Source: Bacillota bacterium
Lineage (GTDB): Bacteria > Bacillota > Dethiobacteria > Dethiobacterales > Dethiobacteraceae
Reading direction: 5' to 3'
Assembly: GCA_012521405.1 (NCBI GenBank)
Contig: JAAYMK010000067.1
Coordinates: forward strand, 7,393 to 71,392
DNA length: 64,000 bases
Positions 56,091 through 64,000 of the stretch are shown in pieces. Numbering within the stretch: the first letter of the stretch is position 1; each line of letters opens with the position of its first letter. Under the pieces are notes generated by a model. That model searched no databases and was not told where the DNA came from. It saw only the letters and a program-made list of their open reading frames with translations. A program made the position numbers and the translations under genes.

Positions 56091-56444
56091 ATGAAAATTA
56101 GAGAAATTGCGCAAGTATTGGAAGCTAAAATTGAAGTAGAAGGTGATAGTTTAGATCTGGAAATAGAAGCAGCTTGTGGGGCTGATCTCATGAGTGATGT
56201 TATGGCTTATGCCAAAGATAATGTGCTCTTGCTAACCGGCCTTGTCAGTCCACAAGTTATTCGCACTGCAGAAATGTTGGATATTAAGGCAGTAGTGTTG
56301 GTGAGGGGGAAAAAACCGGATGCAACCATGCTCAAGATGGCTGCGGAAAAAGGTATTACCCTTCTTACCACAAAAGAATCCATGTTTACTTCCTGCGGTA
56401 AGCTGTATAATCTGGGGCTAACTAAAAGGGGTATTCGGGATTGA
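56091..56444 (+). CDS. DRTGG-domain protein
   Basis: GADLMSDVMAY...VLLLTGL..PQVIRTAEM pattern; 117 aa. Confidence 0.7.
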   Translation: MKIREIAQVLEAKIEVEGDSLDLEIEAACGADLMSDVMAYAKDNVLLLTGLVSPQVIRTAEMLDIKAVVLVRGKKPDATMLKMAAEKGITLLTTKESMFTSCGKLYNLGLTKRGIRD

Positions 56445-56863
56445 GTAAATCCATCCAACTTCATTTTGAACTGCCGGGCAATGACCTTGCCCTGGCGGGA
56501 GAAGCTTCCAGCAAGGTGAAAAAAACACTAAACCAGCTGGGCCTTAAACCGGCAGTGGTAAAAAAGACTGCGGTTGCCATGTACGAAGCAGAAATTAATG
56601 CTATTATCCATGCCGGTGGGGGTACGCTAGCGGCTACTATTGATCAAGAAAAAGTCGTGGTTGTTGTGCGTGACCAGGGACCGGGGATAGCCGATTTGGA
56701 ATTGGCGATGCAGGAAGGTTACTCAACGGCGCCGGAAAAAATCAGAGAAATGGGCTTTGGTGCCGGGATGGGATTGCCCAATATGAAAAGGCATGCGGAT
56801 CTTTTAGAAATAGAGTCGGCGGTAGGGCAGGGTACAGTGGTAACCATTATTGTTTATTTGTAA
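56441..56863 (+). CDS. Anti-sigma-factor-like HATPase_c protein (RsbW/SpoIIAB-type Ser kinase fold)
   Basis: E...NAIIHA (N-box), RDQGPGI (G1) and GFGAGMGLPNM (G2). The TTG start overlaps the upstream stop codon (ATTGA). Confidence 0.7.
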   Translation: MSKSIQLHFELPGNDLALAGEASSKVKKTLNQLGLKPAVVKKTAVAMYEAEINAIIHAGGGTLAATIDQEKVVVVVRDQGPGIADLELAMQEGYSTAPEKIREMGFGAGMGLPNMKRHADLLEIESAVGQGTVVTIIVYL

Positions 56864-56900
56864 CACATTGTACCTTGAGAAGGGATAATGTAAGAAAAGG

Positions 56901-58265
56901 GTGCTGGAAGTGAAAAAATATTTTCATTCCGTGACGCTGGACGAAGAAAAATGTCGTGGTTGCACAAATTGTATTAAAAAATGCCCCACAGAGGCAATCC
57001 GCGTCCGGAAAAGTAAAGCGCGTATTATTGAAGAACGCTGCATTGATTGTGGGGAATGTTTACGCGTCTGTCCTTACCATGCCAAAAAAGCCATTACCGA
57101 TGATTTTGCCAAATTAAATGCGTATAAATATAAAATAGCTTTGCCTGCACCGTCTTTTTACGGCCAATTTAAAACAGACTATTCCCGCAGCGATATTTTG
57201 GCAGCGCTTTTGCAAATCGGCTTTGATGAAGTATATGAAGTGGCTCGAGGAGCGGAAATTGTCACAGAGGCAACGAAAAAGCTTTTTCAGCGGGAAAAAT
57301 TAAAAAAACCTGTAATTTCCTCAGCTTGTCCGGCTGTAGTGCGCCTAATTCAGGTCCGTTTTCCTAGCTTAATCGATAATTTGTTAAAATTGGAGTCTCC
57401 CATGGAAGTGGCGGCTGCCATTTCCCGAAAAAAGGCAGCAGAAACACAAAACCTTGCAGACAGTGATATAGGCGTATTTTTTATTTCTCCCTGTGCAGCT
57501 AAAGTAACCAGTGTCAAAGCCCCTTATGGAAAAGTAAAATCACATGTGGACGGTGTATTGTCCATGCAGGATGTGTACCTGAAAGTGGTGGCAGTCTTGG
57601 AGAAAGGTATGGGGGCAGAAACACTGGAACAGGCAGGTTATGCAGGCATCCGTTGGGCCAGTTCCGGCGGTGAAGGCCTGGCTTTGGGTACGGAACAGTT
57701 TTTAGCTGTGGATGGGATCCAAAATGTTTTAACCATTTTGGAAGAGATTGAAAACGGCCAGCTTGAAGATGTGGAGTTTGTAGAAGCCTTGGCTTGCTAC
57801 GGCGGCTGTTTGGGCGGACCGTTGACGGTGCAAAATGCCTTTGTAGCTAAAACAAGACTGAAAAAACATATAGATAAGGCCAAAAATAAAGATATTGCCA
57901 TTACTATACCCAGACATGATGAGTTGATGTGGACCTTGGATATAGAGCATCGACCGGTAATGAAACTGGACGATGATTTGGATAAAGCCATGAAAAAACT
58001 AGAAGCATTGGAGGAAATTTATGAAAAGCTGCCGGGACTGGACTGTGGTTCCTGCGGTGCTCCCAGCTGTAGAGCCTTGGCAGAGGATATTGTCCGGGAA
58101 ATTGCCAATGAAACAGATTGTATTTTCCTTTTGCGTGAAAAGGTGCGCGCTTTAGCTATGGAAATGATGGAACTGGAAGCAAAAATGCCACCGGTTCTGG
58201 ATAAAGGGCAAACTAACGGCAAGGGGGAGAATAGGGCAAGGAGGGAAGGAAATGACGGTGGCTGA
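56901..58265 (+). CDS. HydS-like [FeFe]-hydrogenase homologue without a PAS domain (putative sensory or regulatory)
   Basis: 2x[4Fe-4S] (CRGCTNCIKKCP, CIDCGECLRVCP). H-domain motifs are SSACP (canonical TSCCP), SPCAAKVTS (canonical MPCxxKxxE) and ALACYGGCLGGP. C-terminal CGSCGAPSC FeS domain. Confidence 0.7.
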   Translation: MLEVKKYFHSVTLDEEKCRGCTNCIKKCPTEAIRVRKSKARIIEERCIDCGECLRVCPYHAKKAITDDFAKLNAYKYKIALPAPSFYGQFKTDYSRSDILAALLQIGFDEVYEVARGAEIVTEATKKLFQREKLKKPVISSACPAVVRLIQVRFPSLIDNLLKLESPMEVAAAISRKKAAETQNLADSDIGVFFISPCAAKVTSVKAPYGKVKSHVDGVLSMQDVYLKVVAVLEKGMGAETLEQAGYAGIRWASSGGEGLALGTEQFLAVDGIQNVLTILEEIENGQLEDVEFVEALACYGGCLGGPLTVQNAFVAKTRLKKHIDKAKNKDIAITIPRHDELMWTLDIEHRPVMKLDDDLDKAMKKLEALEEIYEKLPGLDCGSCGAPSCRALAEDIVREIANETDCIFLLREKVRALAMEMMELEAKMPPVLDKGQTNGKGENRARREGNDGG

Positions 58266-58581
58266 ACTGGCGACAAAGCTAAATTTGCGCCTTTTAACAA
58301 AAACTGAAGCCACAAAAAAAGTAACGGGCGTGTACACCGGGGATTTGTTAAGCTGGGTCATGTCCCATGCCAAAAAAAATGACGCCTGGGTCACCGTACA
58401 TACTCATGTCAATATTGTGGCAGTGGCAGTATTGGCGGAGCTTGCCTGTATCATTATCCCGGAGGGTATTGCAGTAGAAGCCGCAACACTGGCCAAAGCG
58501 GAAGCAGAAGGCGTGATCCTGCTTGGGTCTGATTTAACTGCGGCTGAACTTTGCTGGAGAATTTATGAAGTATTACATTGA
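58252..58581 (+). CDS. DRTGG-domain protein (second copy)
   Basis: TGDLLSWVMSHAKKNDAWVTV.THVN pattern; 109 aa. RBS ggaggg. Confidence 0.65.
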   Translation: MTVAELATKLNLRLLTKTEATKKVTGVYTGDLLSWVMSHAKKNDAWVTVHTHVNIVAVAVLAELACIIIPEGIAVEAATLAKAEAEGVILLGSDLTAAELCWRIYEVLH

Positions 58582-59278
58582 TTTGCACATTCATTCCGCT
58601 TTGTCGCCGTGTGCCGAGGAGGAAATGACACCAAATAATATTGTCAATATGGCAGCCGTGCATGGACTGGATATTATTGCTATTACCGATCATCATACCG
58701 CCGGTAATTGCGAGGCTGTCATGCACTGCGGCATGTTAAGGGATATACTTGTAGTTCCCGGTATGGAAATAGAAACGGCGGAAGAAGTCCATCTGGTTTG
58801 CCTGCTGCCGGATTTAAAGCAGGCGCGGCTTTTGCAGACATATGTGTATGCTGCTCTGCCGCAGCGAAAAAACCGGGAAGATATCCTTGGCAAACAGCTT
58901 TTATTCAATGCAGCTGATGAAATCATCGGTGCTGAATCACGTTTGCTGCTTACTGCCGTGCAATTCAGTTTAGAGGAAACGGTGCGGTTGGTGCGGACTT
59001 TAGGTGGTGCCGCCATCCCTGCCCATATTGACAGGCGGGCAAACAGCTTGCTGTCCAATTTAGGTTTTATCCCGCCGGATTTAGATTTTCATTATCTGGA
59101 ACTATCTGCAGCTTGCCGTGTTAAAGAATTTTTAGTACTGCATCCGCACTTGCAAGCTTATCGATTTATTCAATCGTCGGATGCTCACCGGCTGGAGGAG
59201 ATGGTGAAATGCACCGGTTCCATCGAGCTAGAAGAAAAAAGCATCCCCTGCTTACTAAACAAGCTTAACGGTGGTTAA
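58565..59278 (+). CDS. PHP-domain phosphoesterase
   Basis: YIDLHIHSALSPC...AITDHHT...E(V)H metal-binding motifs. Confidence 0.75.
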   Translation: MKYYIDLHIHSALSPCAEEEMTPNNIVNMAAVHGLDIIAITDHHTAGNCEAVMHCGMLRDILVVPGMEIETAEEVHLVCLLPDLKQARLLQTYVYAALPQRKNREDILGKQLLFNAADEIIGAESRLLLTAVQFSLEETVRLVRTLGGAAIPAHIDRRANSLLSNLGFIPPDLDFHYLELSAACRVKEFLVLHPHLQAYRFIQSSDAHRLEEMVKCTGSIELEEKSIPCLLNKLNGG

Positions 59279-59369
59279 CTATGTTAAAAAATTCTACATA
59301 ATTTTTTGTAGGATTTTTTGACAGTTTATTATGTGAAAAAGTTAACATATATGTTTAGGAGGGATTCTA

Positions 59370-59861
59370 GTGAGTGCAACCTGCAGCTGCAGCAAAGAGT
59401 ATGTGGATGAAAGGGAAGAAAGACTAACAGAGGTTATCAAAAAGTATCGCGGAGTAAAAGGAGCACTGATTCCGGTACTGCATGAAGCCCAGGAGATCTA
59501 TGGTTATCTGCCGTTTCATGTGCAGAAAAGAATTTCCCAAGAACTGCAGATCCCTATGAGCGAAATTTACGGAGTGATTACTTTTTACACGCAATTTTCC
59601 CTGGAGCCAAAAGGACAGTATCAGATTCAGGTCTGCCTGGGGACGGCTTGCTATGTGAAAGGAGCCAATCTTATCCTGGAAAAATTTAAGGAAAAACTCG
59701 GCATTGATGTTGGCGGCTGTACAGAAGACGGCAAGTTTTCCTTGCAAGCCTGTCGTTGTGTCGGTGCTTGCGGCCTGGCCCCGGTGGTTATGATCAATGA
59801 TGATGTTTACGGCGGTCTGAAACCAAGTGAAGTAGAAAAGATCTTGAAAAAATACCAATAA
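59370..59861 (+). CDS. hydC: NuoE-like [2Fe-2S] subunit of the bifurcating hydrogenase (HydC)
   Basis: Thioredoxin-like [2Fe-2S] motif CLGTAC...CRCVGACGLAP. GTG start lies 6 nt after aggaggg. Confidence 0.8.
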   Translation: MSATCSCSKEYVDEREERLTEVIKKYRGVKGALIPVLHEAQEIYGYLPFHVQKRISQELQIPMSEIYGVITFYTQFSLEPKGQYQIQVCLGTACYVKGANLILEKFKEKLGIDVGGCTEDGKFSLQACRCVGACGLAPVVMINDDVYGGLKPSEVEKILKKYQ

Positions 59862-59889
59862 GATAAATTTTTTGCGTGGTGTGGGCTTG

Positions 59890-60456
59890 ATGCGGGATAT
59901 TTCTTTGCATCTACTGGACATTCTACAAAATTCACTAACTGCTAAAGCTACAAAAATTTCTATACACGTTGGTGCACTACCGTCTCAAGATTTGCTCTAC
60001 TTAACTGTGACAGATAATGGGAGCGGTATGGAGGCAGAACTGCTCCGGCGCGTTTTTGATCCTTTTGTCACCACCAGAAAAACGCGTCCTGTCGGCTTGG
60101 GGCTGCCATTACTAAAAGAGGCGGCCAAACGCTCCGGCGGTGATTTAATTATAGAGTCAGTTAAAGGACGCGGCACAAAACTTAAAGCTACTTTTGGTCT
60201 TTCCCATATTGATCGTCCGCCGCTGGGCGATATTGCCGACACCGTTGTGATGGTGGTAACGGCTCATCCAGACCTGGACCTGGCAGTCTGTTTTTCTAAT
60301 CAAACTGCTTCTCGAGAATTGCAATTGGCAGAGATTCGCAAGCACCTGGGAGATATTCCGCTAAATCACGCAGAAGTCTTAAATTGGATAAAAGACTATC
60401 TCACAGATAGTCTCAAAGCAATTTTTGGAGGTGTATTGGATGAAGTCAATTGCTGA
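59890..60456 (+). CDS. HATPase_c-domain protein (histidine-kinase-like ATPase without a sensor or DHp domain)
   Basis: LLDILQNSL (N-box), TDNGSGM (G1) and GLGLPLL (G2). Lies between hydC and the ferredoxin, as in Thermoanaerobacter-type hyd operons. Confidence 0.7.
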   Translation: MRDISLHLLDILQNSLTAKATKISIHVGALPSQDLLYLTVTDNGSGMEAELLRRVFDPFVTTRKTRPVGLGLPLLKEAAKRSGGDLIIESVKGRGTKLKATFGLSHIDRPPLGDIADTVVMVVTAHPDLDLAVCFSNQTASRELQLAEIRKHLGDIPLNHAEVLNWIKDYLTDSLKAIFGGVLDEVNC

Positions 60457-60814
60457 GTTGGAGGAAATTAGAAAGAAAACTTTGGAAGAGATTGGTTTGC
60501 GCAAAAATAAAGACGGTTACAGAATTGTAGTAGGCATGGCGACTTGTGGCATTGCTGCCGGGGCCAGGCCGGTGATGCAAGCCTTTGTGGAAGAATTGAA
60601 AAAACGCAATCTTCATGACGTGCAGGTGACCATGACAGGCTGCATCGGTGTCTGTCGCCTTGAGCCCATCGTGGAAGTAATCAGCCCGGATGGCAGTAAA
60701 GTAACGTATGTGGAAATGACTCCGGAAAAAGCAGTACGCGTAGTTGCGGAACATATTGTTAACGGCAGAGTTTGCCGTGATTTAACCATCGGTGAAGCAG
60801 AAGGGGTAAAATAA
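60440..60814 (+). CDS. Thioredoxin-like [2Fe-2S] ferredoxin (HydD-like)
   Basis: CGIAAGA...GCIGVCRLEP motifs. ATG at 60440 follows ggaggtg. Confidence 0.7.
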   Translation: MKSIAELEEIRKKTLEEIGLRKNKDGYRIVVGMATCGIAAGARPVMQAFVEELKKRNLHDVQVTMTGCIGVCRLEPIVEVISPDGSKVTYVEMTPEKAVRVVAEHIVNGRVCRDLTIGEAEGVK

Positions 60815-60863
60815 TTTGAGTTTTCTCATTAGACAAATTAATTAAAACCGGGAGGTTTTATTA

Positions 60864-62657
60864 ATGCAAATATATAGAGCACATGTATTGGTGTGCTGCG
60901 GTACAGGGTGTTCTAGCAATAAATCCGAAGAAGTATTGCGCGAGTTGGAAAAACAACTGCAGGAAAACCAGCTGCAGCATGAAGTTAAAGTGGTTAGAAC
61001 AGGCTGTTTAGGTTTGTGTCAAAACGGCCCTAACATTGTTGTTTATCCTGAAGGTACTATGTACAGCATGGTGAAAGTGGAAGATGTGGAGGAAATTGTT
61101 TCGGAGCATCTATTGAAAGGTAGAATCGTCAAGAGACTTTTATACGGCGAACCGGAAGCAGAGGGTATTAGATCTGTAGATGAAGTGGATTTCTTTAAAC
61201 GGCAAAAACGTATTGCTTTACGCAATTGCGGCATTATTAATCCGGAAAATATTGATGAATATATCGCCTTTGACGGTTATAAAGCTTTGGTTAAAGTACT
61301 GACGGAAATGAAACCTGCCGATGTTATTGACCTTTTGAAAAAATCTCAACTGCGCGGCCGCGGCGGTGCAGGTTTCCCCACCGGTCTGAAATGGGAATTT
61401 GCCGCTAAAGCGGAATCAGAGCAGAAGTATGTTTGCTGTAACGCCGATGAAGGAGACCCGGGCGCTTTTATGGACAGAAGTATTCTTGAGGGGGATCCGC
61501 ATTCAATAGTAGAAGCCATGGCCATTGCCGGCTATGCCATTGGCGCAGACAAAGGTTTTATTTATATCAGGGCTGAATATCCCATTGCAGTAAAAAGGCT
61601 ACGGCTTGCTATTGAACAGGCCAAAGAGTATGGACTTTTGGGGGAAAATATTTTAAATACAGGTTTTAACTTTGATCTAGAAATTAGATTGGGTGCCGGT
61701 GCCTTTGTTTGTGGTGAAGAAACGGCGCTTTTGACATCCATTGAAGGTAAACGGGGAGAGCCTAGACCCAGGCCGCCTTTCCCTGCCGTTAAAGGTCTTT
61801 GGGGCCAGCCTACACTTTTGAATAATGTGGAGACTTATGCCAATGTGCCCCCCATTATCCTTAACGGTCCCGAGTGGTTTACGCAAATCGGCACGGAAAA
61901 AAGCAAAGGAACCAAAGTTTTCGCCGTGGGCGGTAAGATCAATAACACCGGCCTGGTGGAAATTCCCATGGGTACAACTTTACGTGAAGTTATCTATGAC
62001 ATTGGCGGCGGAATTCCCAATGGGAAAAAATTTAAAGCGGCGCAAACAGGCGGTCCTTCCGGCGGCTGTATTCCTGCCAGCCATATAGACACACCAATCG
62101 ATTACGATACATTGGTTGAGCTGGGATCCATGATGGGTTCGGGCGGTATGATCATCATGGACGAAGATACATGTATGGTAGACATTGCTCGCTTCTTCTT
62201 GGAGTTTACCGTAGATGAGTCATGTGGTAAGTGTCCGCCCTGCCGCATCGGTACAAAACGGATGTTGGAGATTTTAAATAAAATTACAGCAGGTAAAGGC
62301 GAAGAGGGCGATATTGAAAAACTGGAATCCCTGGCAAAAAATATTAAAGCAGCCGCGCTCTGCGGTCTCGGGCAAACAGCACCAAACCCGGTTTTAAGTA
62401 CATTAAGATATTTTAGAGATGAATACGAAGCACATGTCAGGGAGAAAAAATGCCCGGCCGGTTCTTGCAAAGCTCTTTTGGATTATGTGATTGATGCAGA
62501 AATTTGTCGAAGCTGTGGCCTTTGTGCCAAAGAATGTCCTGTGGGAGCAATTGAAGGTGAGAGGAAGAAAGGTCCCTTTGTGATTATTCAGGAAAAATGT
62601 ATTAAGTGCGGAACTTGTATAGAAAAATGTCCCTTTGAAGCCATCAGCAAAAAATAA
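60864..62657 (+). CDS. hydB: NuoF-like flavoprotein subunit of the bifurcating hydrogenase (HydB)
   Basis: N-terminal [2Fe-2S] (CCGTGC...CLGLC), GRGGAGFPTG FMN/NADH site, SCGKCPPCR N3-type cluster, and C-terminal 2x[4Fe-4S]. Confidence 0.9.
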   Translation: MQIYRAHVLVCCGTGCSSNKSEEVLRELEKQLQENQLQHEVKVVRTGCLGLCQNGPNIVVYPEGTMYSMVKVEDVEEIVSEHLLKGRIVKRLLYGEPEAEGIRSVDEVDFFKRQKRIALRNCGIINPENIDEYIAFDGYKALVKVLTEMKPADVIDLLKKSQLRGRGGAGFPTGLKWEFAAKAESEQKYVCCNADEGDPGAFMDRSILEGDPHSIVEAMAIAGYAIGADKGFIYIRAEYPIAVKRLRLAIEQAKEYGLLGENILNTGFNFDLEIRLGAGAFVCGEETALLTSIEGKRGEPRPRPPFPAVKGLWGQPTLLNNVETYANVPPIILNGPEWFTQIGTEKSKGTKVFAVGGKINNTGLVEIPMGTTLREVIYDIGGGIPNGKKFKAAQTGGPSGGCIPASHIDTPIDYDTLVELGSMMGSGGMIIMDEDTCMVDIARFFLEFTVDESCGKCPPCRIGTKRMLEILNKITAGKGEEGDIEKLESLAKNIKAAALCGLGQTAPNPVLSTLRYFRDEYEAHVREKKCPAGSCKALLDYVIDAEICRSCGLCAKECPVGAIEGERKKGPFVIIQEKCIKCGTCIEKCPFEAISKK

Positions 62658-62676
62658 GGAAAGGAGCGAGCAAAAT

Positions 62677-64000
62677 ATGGAAATGGTTACAGTAACCATT
62701 GATAATAAAAAAGTGCGGGTGCCAAAGGATTACACAGTATTGCAAGCGGCACGGGAAGCAAATATAGAAATTCCCACCTTATGTTTTCTCAAGGATATTA
62801 ATGAAATTGGTGCTTGCCGTATGTGTTTAGTGGAAATTAAAGGCGGCAAAAAATTGGAAGCAGCTTGTGTCTATCCTGTTTCCGACGGTATGGAAGTATA
62901 TACACAAACACCGCAGGTCCGGGAAGCCAGAAAAACAACGCTGGAGTTAATTCTTTCAAATCATGATCGTAACTGTCTGACCTGTGTGCGCAGCGGAAAT
63001 TGTGAGCTGCAAAAGCTGGCAGAAAAACTGCAAATTGAAGAGTTGCCCTATGAAGGTGAGACATATAAACGTCCTTTAGACAATTTTTCACCTGCCATTG
63101 TGCGTGATCCCAACAAATGTATTTTGTGCCGCCGTTGTGTGAGCATGTGTAAAAATGTGCAAACAGTTGCTGTTATTGATGTGGTAGAACGTGGTTTTGA
63201 CACAATTGTTTCACCCATTTATGAAAAATCATTAAATGAAGTGCCATGTGTTAATTGCGGCCAATGCATTACAATTTGTCCCGTAGGGGCCTTGCGGGAA
63301 AAGAATGATACGGAAAAAGCCTGGACTGCTTTGGCCGATAAAGATTTGCATGTAATTGCCATTACGGCGCCGGCCATCCGGGCGGCTTTAGGAGAAGAAT
63401 TTGGTTTCCCCATGGGTACGCCTGTTACCAGCAATATGATTACGGCGCTGCATAATCTGGGCTTTGACAAAGTCTTTGACGTTGATACCGCCGCGGACCT
63501 GACCATTATGGAAGAAGGGACGGAGCTTTTGCACAGGCTGAAAAACGGTGGCAAACTTCCGCTCATTACTTCCTGCAGTCCCGGCTGGATTAAATTCTGT
63601 GAACATAATTTCCCGGAATTTTTAGATAACCTTTCCACCTGTAAATCACCGCAGCAAATGTTTGGGGCGGTGCTGAAAACTGTCTATGCGGAAAGAATGG
63701 GTATTGACCCGGCGAAAATTTTTGTGGTCTCCATCATGCCTTGTACGGCAAAGAAATTTGAAATCACGCGGCCGGAAATGACTTCCAGTGGCTACCCCGA
63801 TATTGACGTAGTTTTGACCACCAGGGAGCTTGCACGTATGATTAAAGAAGCAGGTCTTGATTTTACTGAAACCACCTGGGAGCATTTTGATGACCCCATG
63901 GGTGATGCTTCCGGCGCAGGCGTCATCTTCGGTGCCACAGGCGGCGTGATGGAAGCCGCTTTACGTACAGTGGTGGAAATACTGACCGGCAAACCTTTGG
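62677..64000 (+). CDS. hydA: [FeFe]-hydrogenase catalytic subunit HydA, 5' portion (continues past the window; absent from the ORF track)
   Basis: My own translation from ATG 62677 (RBS aaaggag) is open to base 64000. It reads MEMVTVTIDNKKV...[2Fe-2S] CRMC...C, the His-ligated cluster region NHDRNCLTC..GNCELQ, 2x[4Fe-4S], then H-domain motifs ITSCSPGW and MPCTAKKFE. Confidence 0.9.
   Translation, partial: MEMVTVTIDNKKVRVPKDYTVLQAAREANIEIPTLCFLKDINEIGACRMCLVEIKGGKKLEAACVYPVSDGMEVYTQTPQVREARKTTLELILSNHDRNCLTCVRSGNCELQKLAEKLQIEELPYEGETYKRPLDNFSPAIVRDPNKCILCRRCVSMCKNVQTVAVIDVVERGFDTIVSPIYEKSLNEVPCVNCGQCITICPVGALREKNDTEKAWTALADKDLHVIAITAPAIRAALGEEFGFPMGTPVTSNMITALHNLGFDKVFDVDTAADLTIMEEGTELLHRLKNGGKLPLITSCSPGWIKFCEHNFPEFLDNLSTCKSPQQMFGAVLKTVYAERMGIDPAKIFVVSIMPCTAKKFEITRPEMTSSGYPDIDVVLTTRELARMIKEAGLDFTETTWEHFDDPMGDASGAGVIFGATGGVMEAALRTVVEILTGKPL

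Noticed and set aside
59424-59921. 165-aa minus-strand ORF, and 63219-63638 (139 aa), within the hydrogenase operon.
   Set aside because: They are antisense to hydC and hydA, whose translations carry unambiguous Fe-S and H-cluster motifs. They have no independent support.
1-64000. CRISPR arrays, tRNA/rRNA genes, toxin-antitoxin pairs or recognisable phage-defence genes.
   Set aside because: I saw no regularly spaced direct repeats, no cloverleaf-like or rRNA-like segments in the intergenic regions, and no ORFs with nuclease, helicase or defence-type motifs. The intergenic space is accounted for by promoters, leaders and terminators.

Overview
This 64 kb window looks like a chromosomal segment of a spore-forming, strictly anaerobic Firmicute (Clostridia-like; about 45% GC by eye). 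All family calls below come from reading motifs in the translations; no database search was run.

Gene content, left to right:
- 1-8.8 kb: a Wood-Ljungdahl carbonyl-branch cluster. It holds an acsB 3' fragment, cooC, acsD, acsC, acsE, a second full-length acsB and a RACo-like corrinoid activator, followed by a PilZ protein.
- 9.4-15 kb: an uncharacterised redox operon (FAD oxidoreductase, SDR, Zn-ADH, RidA) convergent with an orphan family-5 solute-binding lipoprotein.
- 15-22 kb: hisF-aroK and pyrB-aroD pairs, split by a decayed IS1634-like transposase and an esterase.
- 22-38.7 kb: bioY-thiE, housekeeping genes, and the conserved alaS-ireB-ruvX-DUF1292-mltG-U32-PBP block.
- 38.8-42 kb: a cobalamin riboswitch controlling cbiB-cobD, then an uninterrupted sigK.
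- 42-48 kb: two tandem paralogous modules, each with a secreted, C-terminally anchored DUF4430-like protein plus an SbmA/BacA(ABCD)-type fused ABC transporter. Each module follows a long leader of about 290-345 nt.
- 48.6-51.7 kb: feoA-feoB and an MntR/DtxR regulator.
- 52-64 kb: hydE-hydF-hydG, a DRTGG / HATPase / HydS-like / DRTGG / PHP regulatory set, and a HydABC-type [FeFe] hydrogenase. Its hydA runs off the 3' end and is missing from the ORF track.

The most interesting candidate for an undescribed system is the duplicated anchored-protein plus BacA-like ABC module next to the corrinoid genes. No rRNA, tRNA or CRISPR array was recognised.
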